From an uncultured Anaerolineales bacterium (lineage in GTDB: Bacteria; Chloroflexota; Anaerolineae; B4-G1; SLSP01): a stretch of 48,527 nt of DNA. The translations under genes and the position numbers were made by a program. The stretch is taken from assembly GCA_964650935.1 (NCBI GenBank), contig CAZYYC010000002.1, forward strand, positions 1-48,527, read 5' to 3'. Shown here one piece after another: positions 45,901-48,527 of the stretch (the stretch's first letter is position 1; the number at the start of each line of letters is the position of its first letter). The notes below the pieces were generated by a model. It did not search any database. It was given only the letters and a program-made list of their open reading frames with translations, and was not told the origin of the DNA.

Positions 45901-47763
45901 CAGCGGGCGTCGGTCGATCCGTCGGGCTGGATCGCGCGGCTGACCGGCGCCGGGCGTGTGGTGGGTTTGGAGATCCCCACGTCTCGGGGTCACGAGACGC
46001 GCTGGATCTCGGCGGAGTATGAGGCCGAGTATGTCGCCGCCTTCGGCCTTACGCCGGCGGGGAGGCCGTCGTCTGCACCGGTCGATGACGACGCGGCGCG
46101 CCGCGCGATCCTGGAGCGCTTCTTGGCGCAAGCGGGCCCAGTGACACTGGAGGCCGTCCTGGCGCGCTACGCCTTCCCTCGTGATTGGCTTGAGGCGGCG
46201 CTGGAGGAGCTCGTCGAGGCGCGGGAGCTGGTGCATGGGCGCTTCACCCCGGGCGCGGGCCGTGAGGGGGCCACGGTCGAGGCTGAGTTCGTCGATCGCC
46301 GTGCCCTGGAGCAGATCCACCGGCGCACGATGCGTATCTTGCGCAACGAGGTGCAGCCCGTGCCCTTCTCGACCTATGCGGACTTCCTGGCGCGTCGACA
46401 GCATCTTCACCCCGGCGAGCGGCTAGCGGGCGAGGGGGCGCTTGCCGCGGTGCTGCAGCAGCTGCGCGCCGCGCCCGTCGTCGGCCCGGTGTGGGAACGC
46501 GACGTGCTGCCGCTGCGGCTGCGCGACTACCAGCCGGCGGAGCTCGCGGCGCTCTGTCAGAGCGGCGAGCTCGCCTGGATCGGGTCGGGCGGCGCGGATC
46601 CGCGGCGAAGCCGGGTGCGCTTCCTCTTCCGCGGCGAGGGCCACGTCTTCCTCGAGCCCGCGCCGAAGGGTCTGGACGGGTTCAGTGAGGTCTCACGCGA
46701 GGTGTATGCCTTTCTGAAGTCGGAGGGCGCCGCCTTTCTCAATGACCTTGCCGCCGCGCTGGACCTGGAGGTGCCCGCGATCGAGCAGGCGCTGGTGGAG
46801 CTGGTGATGGCCGGTTTGGTGACCAACGACAGCCTGGAGGCGCTGCGGGCGATCCTCGATGTGCCGGCAGCGGGTGAGCGACCAGGTGGCGGGGGTCGAG
46901 CGGAGAGCGGACACGCGGTCAGTGCGTTCGAGGAGGAACTGGCTCGCCGTCGGGCGGATCTGGGGTTGGGCTCGCGTCGGGTCACGCGGCTGTCCGACCC
47001 CGCGCGCTATCGCTCGGCGAAGCAGCGGGTGCGTCAGCGGTTGGAGCAGCGGGCGCCGGTTGTGACGCCGGCTGCACCTCGCTGGGTGGGGCGCTGGACG
47101 CCGGTGCATCGCTTCGGCATCATGGGCAAAGCCGTCCCCGATGGGGAGCGGGCGGCGCGCCAGGCCCGCCAGCTATTGGCACGCTATGGCGTGGTCACGC
47201 GGGTGTGCCTGGACGACGAGATTGGCGCTTGGGACTGGGGCCTGATCTACCCTACCTTGCAGCGGATGGAGCTGCGCGGCGAGATCCGCCGCGGCTACTT
47301 CGTCCAGGGGCTGCCGGGCTTGCAGTTCGCGCTGCCGGACGTGGTCGAGCAGCTGCGGGCGCTGCGCGATCCGGCCGGCGACGCGGATGCGCTGGTGGTG
47401 ATGAGCGCCTGTGACCCGGCGAACCTCTACGGCCCGACCCGGGATGATGGTCCGGCGGACGGGGCCGGCGAACCGCTGACCTTTACGCGCGTCCCCTCGA
47501 CCTGGGTGGTGCAGCATCGCGGGCTGCCGCTGCTGGTGGCTGCCGCCGGCGGCAGTGACCTGACCACGCTGGCGGGGGCGGAGGAGGAGTTGTTGACGCA
47601 GGCGATGGTGGCGCTGCTCGCGCATCTGGCGGGCTTCGAGCGGCGCATCCGTGTGGAGAGCTGGAACGGCGAACCCATCCTCGACAGTCCCGGTGCGCCG
47701 ATCCTCGAGAGGGCCGGTTTCCGGCGGAGCTATCCCGAGATGGTCTGGGATCGTGCGGTGTGA
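42967..47763 (+). CDS. lhr: Lhr-family large ATP-dependent DEAH-box helicase with long C-terminal domain
   Basis: Motif I APTGSGKT, motif II VIVDEIHTL, motif VI QRVGRSGH. Lhr-specific N-terminus FLTPVAAWFEEAFGAPTPPQAQGWPAIQRGEHTLI. Length 1598 aa. Start is either GTG 42967 or ATG 42988. Confidence 0.9.
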   Translation: MRDRTDSMDENLASFLTPVAAWFEEAFGAPTPPQAQGWPAIQRGEHTLILAPTGSGKTLAAFLWGIDQLFRELSSPEGAPDGVRLIYISPLKALNNDVHRNLRRPLAGIRRKADELGLELPSIRVAVRSGDTPQRERRAMLKQPPHILITTPESLYLVLSSPKAREMFRSVHTVIVDEIHTLAGNKRGVHLSLSLERLQALADEEVQRLGLSATIRPLEEVARFLGGGTWSGEGEARSLSPRPVTVVDAAYKKALDLRVVTPLDDFRNVPGGSIWPTLIARVLDLIRVHKTTLVFTNNRRLAEQTADRLTEQMAAEASGRATGLIEGGVVKGVGLMATGTGLAALRDDAARVRVHHGSVAKEARLEMERQLKAGELPVLVGTSSLELGIDIGSVDLIVQLQSPKSVAQGLQRVGRSGHLVGQTSKGRIFPTHREDVVEAAAIAGGMLRGEVEPTHTPRHPLDVLAQQIVAMVSVETQEVEALFNLVRRAYAYHDLSWRAFEATLEMLAGRYPSQSYRELRPRLSWDRVNNRLAALPGSRMMALTNGGTIPDSGSFGAYLSDGKTKLGELDEEFIFETRIGDTMMLGSQVWRVIDLTDDRVTVAPAPGATPRMPFWRGDFPWRPYELGVKVGAFRREVAERLVAIAQDLGLEDLGEIRELREAPEVAGLLGWLHEQYALDRRSAWHTVDYLAGQLGQAGALSSDRTILVEVFEDALGDPRLVVHSPFGGRVNGPWGLALAGALRERTGVEIEVETNDDGILLRLLDAEAEFPLDVIAEMGPVEARERILKELPDSAVFGAHFRQNAARALLLPGLGRGRRTPFWLQRLRARDLLQVVRHFDDFPIIAETYRDCLQDVLDLPHLEEVLTGIREGAIELVVVESLTPSPVAQSLLWDFISVRMYEWDTPRAEQQLQTLAVNRDLLQDLLKGVELDELLRPEAIEAVREQLQRTAPAQRVRTAEELAVLLQQLGDLASGEVAQRASVDPSGWIARLTGAGRVVGLEIPTSRGHETRWISAEYEAEYVAAFGLTPAGRPSSAPVDDDAARRAILERFLAQAGPVTLEAVLARYAFPRDWLEAALEELVEARELVHGRFTPGAGREGATVEAEFVDRRALEQIHRRTMRILRNEVQPVPFSTYADFLARRQHLHPGERLAGEGALAAVLQQLRAAPVVGPVWERDVLPLRLRDYQPAELAALCQSGELAWIGSGGADPRRSRVRFLFRGEGHVFLEPAPKGLDGFSEVSREVYAFLKSEGAAFLNDLAAALDLEVPAIEQALVELVMAGLVTNDSLEALRAILDVPAAGERPGGGGRAESGHAVSAFEEELARRRADLGLGSRRVTRLSDPARYRSAKQRVRQRLEQRAPVVTPAAPRWVGRWTPVHRFGIMGKAVPDGERAARQARQLLARYGVVTRVCLDDEIGAWDWGLIYPTLQRMELRGEIRRGYFVQGLPGLQFALPDVVEQLRALRDPAGDADALVVMSACDPANLYGPTRDDGPADGAGEPLTFTRVPSTWVVQHRGLPLLVAAAGGSDLTTLAGAEEELLTQAMVALLAHLAGFERRIRVESWNGEPILDSPGAPILERAGFRRSYPEMVWDRAV

Positions 47764-47778
47764 CGCGAGCTCGCTCAC

Positions 47779-47808
47779 CCCGCAAAGGCGCCGATTGCCT
47801 TTCGCGGG
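47779..47808 (+). terminator. Hairpin after the lhr stop
   Basis: cccgcaaaggc (47779-47789) pairs with gcctttcgcggg (47797-47808): 11 bp with one bulged C. It is followed by tcgatatgttct. Confidence 0.45.
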
Positions 47809-47869
47809 TCGATATGTTCTCCGAAGAAGGGTTCCCTAGCGTAACAGCACAACGATGGAGGTGCTCAAA

Positions 47870-48527
47870 ATGATGGACGGCATCCGTCTTTCGGTCTTCA
47901 CCAAGCCCCGGCCCGGGCTGTCGCTGGACGAGTTGGGCGTGTTGGTGTCGACGCTGGGATTCGATGGGATTGAGCTTCCCGTGCGGCCCGGGTATCAGGT
48001 CGAGCCGCAGCGTGTCGCAGAGCTGCCGCAGGCCGCTCAGACGCTGGACCGGCACGGGGTCAAGATCCTGAGCGTGGCCGGGCCTACGGATGAGGCGACC
48101 ATCGTGGCGTGTGCTGAAGCCGGCGTGCCGACGATCCGGGTAATGGCGCCGGTCGCGAGGGGGGAGCCGTACCCCGAGGCCGAGGCGCGCTACCGGCGCG
48201 AGTACGACGCGCTTCTGCCGCTGCTGGAGCGTTACGGCGTGCAGCTGGGCGTGCAGAACCACTACGGGCGCTTCGTCGCGAACGCGGTGGGCCTGCAGCG
48301 ACTCGTGGCCTCCTACGATCCTCGCAGCATCGGCATCGTCTGGGACGCAGCGCACGAGGCGCTCGACGGCAACGACCTCGACCTGGCGCTCGACGTGGTG
48401 TGGCCGCATCTCGCGATGGTCAACCTGAAGAACGCCTATTGGCGGCGGGTGAACGGCCCGGAGGCCGAGGCGGCTGCTTGGGAGGTCTACTGGACGACCG
48501 GACGGCACGGACAGGCCTCGTGGCCCT
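47870..48527 (+). CDS. Sugar phosphate isomerase/epimerase family protein (xylose-isomerase-like TIM barrel), 3' end beyond the window
   Basis: Not in the track because it runs off the right edge. GGAGG lies 9 nt before ATG 47870. Hand translation: MMDGIRLSVFTKPRPGLSLDELGVLVSTLGFDGIELPVRPGYQV...GVQNHYG...VWDAAHE...MVNLKN, stop-free to the end. The 341-aa minus-strand ORF at 47483-48508 is an Arg/Pro-rich antisense artefact. Confidence 0.7.
   Translation, partial: MMDGIRLSVFTKPRPGLSLDELGVLVSTLGFDGIELPVRPGYQVEPQRVAELPQAAQTLDRHGVKILSVAGPTDEATIVACAEAGVPTIRVMAPVARGEPYPEAEARYRREYDALLPLLERYGVQLGVQNHYGRFVANAVGLQRLVASYDPRSIGIVWDAAHEALDGNDLDLALDVVWPHLAMVNLKNAYWRRVNGPEAEAAAWEVYWTTGRHGQASWP

Noticed and set aside
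47483-48508. 341-aa minus-strand ORF spanning the lhr 3' end and the last gene
   Set aside because: The translation is Arg/Pro-rich nonsense. The plus-strand frames (the Lhr C-terminus and the TIM-barrel protein with a GGAGG site) explain the region.
1-48527. Defence islands, prophage or mobile elements, CRISPR arrays, toxin-antitoxin pairs, tRNA or rRNA genes
   Set aside because: I saw no integrase, transposase, recombinase, Cas, restriction-modification, nuclease-NTPase or small paired-ORF signatures in any frame. I found no spaced direct-repeat arrays, and every intergenic gap over 100 nt was read without finding a tRNA-like cloverleaf. This was a visual scan only; tRNAscan, Infernal and defence-system HMM scans would be the decisive check.

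Overview
GC-rich 48.5 kb chromosomal segment with 33 protein-coding genes, 28 of them on the minus strand. I saw no rRNA, tRNA, CRISPR array, transposase or integrase. The supplied ORF track misses two genes that run off the window edges: a GT-C glycosyltransferase at 1-1530 (-) and a TIM-barrel isomerase at 47870-48527 (+). Many long track ORFs are antisense artefacts of the high GC content. Left to right the content is: (i) an envelope-type operon (unknown protein, MobA-like nucleotidyltransferase, PAP2 phosphatase, GT-C glycosyltransferase); (ii) an MFS exporter, a double-GAF histidine kinase, a SixA-like phosphatase and a GHL10 exported hydrolase; (iii) a 9.4 kb ABC-uptake operon carrying an M24 metallohydrolase and two tandem, diverged, unclassifiable ~750-aa cytoplasmic alpha/alpha-repeat proteins; (iv) an atypical two-component pair; (v) an FGGY kinase, two TIM-barrel genes and glgA; (vi) a Gfo/Idh/MocA oxidoreductase and an orphan double-FtsX permease; (vii) a 7-gene oxidoreductase-rich operon with a tandem-domain class II aldolase and an MFS transporter but no kinase; (viii) a membrane esterase, metK and the large helicase Lhr. 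The best candidates for undescribed biology are operon (iii), operon (vii) and operon (i). No recognisable defence or mobile system is present. Gene style suggests a Chloroflexota-like saprophyte or thermophile, but that is inference only. All functional calls rest on motifs read by eye from the translations; no database search was possible.
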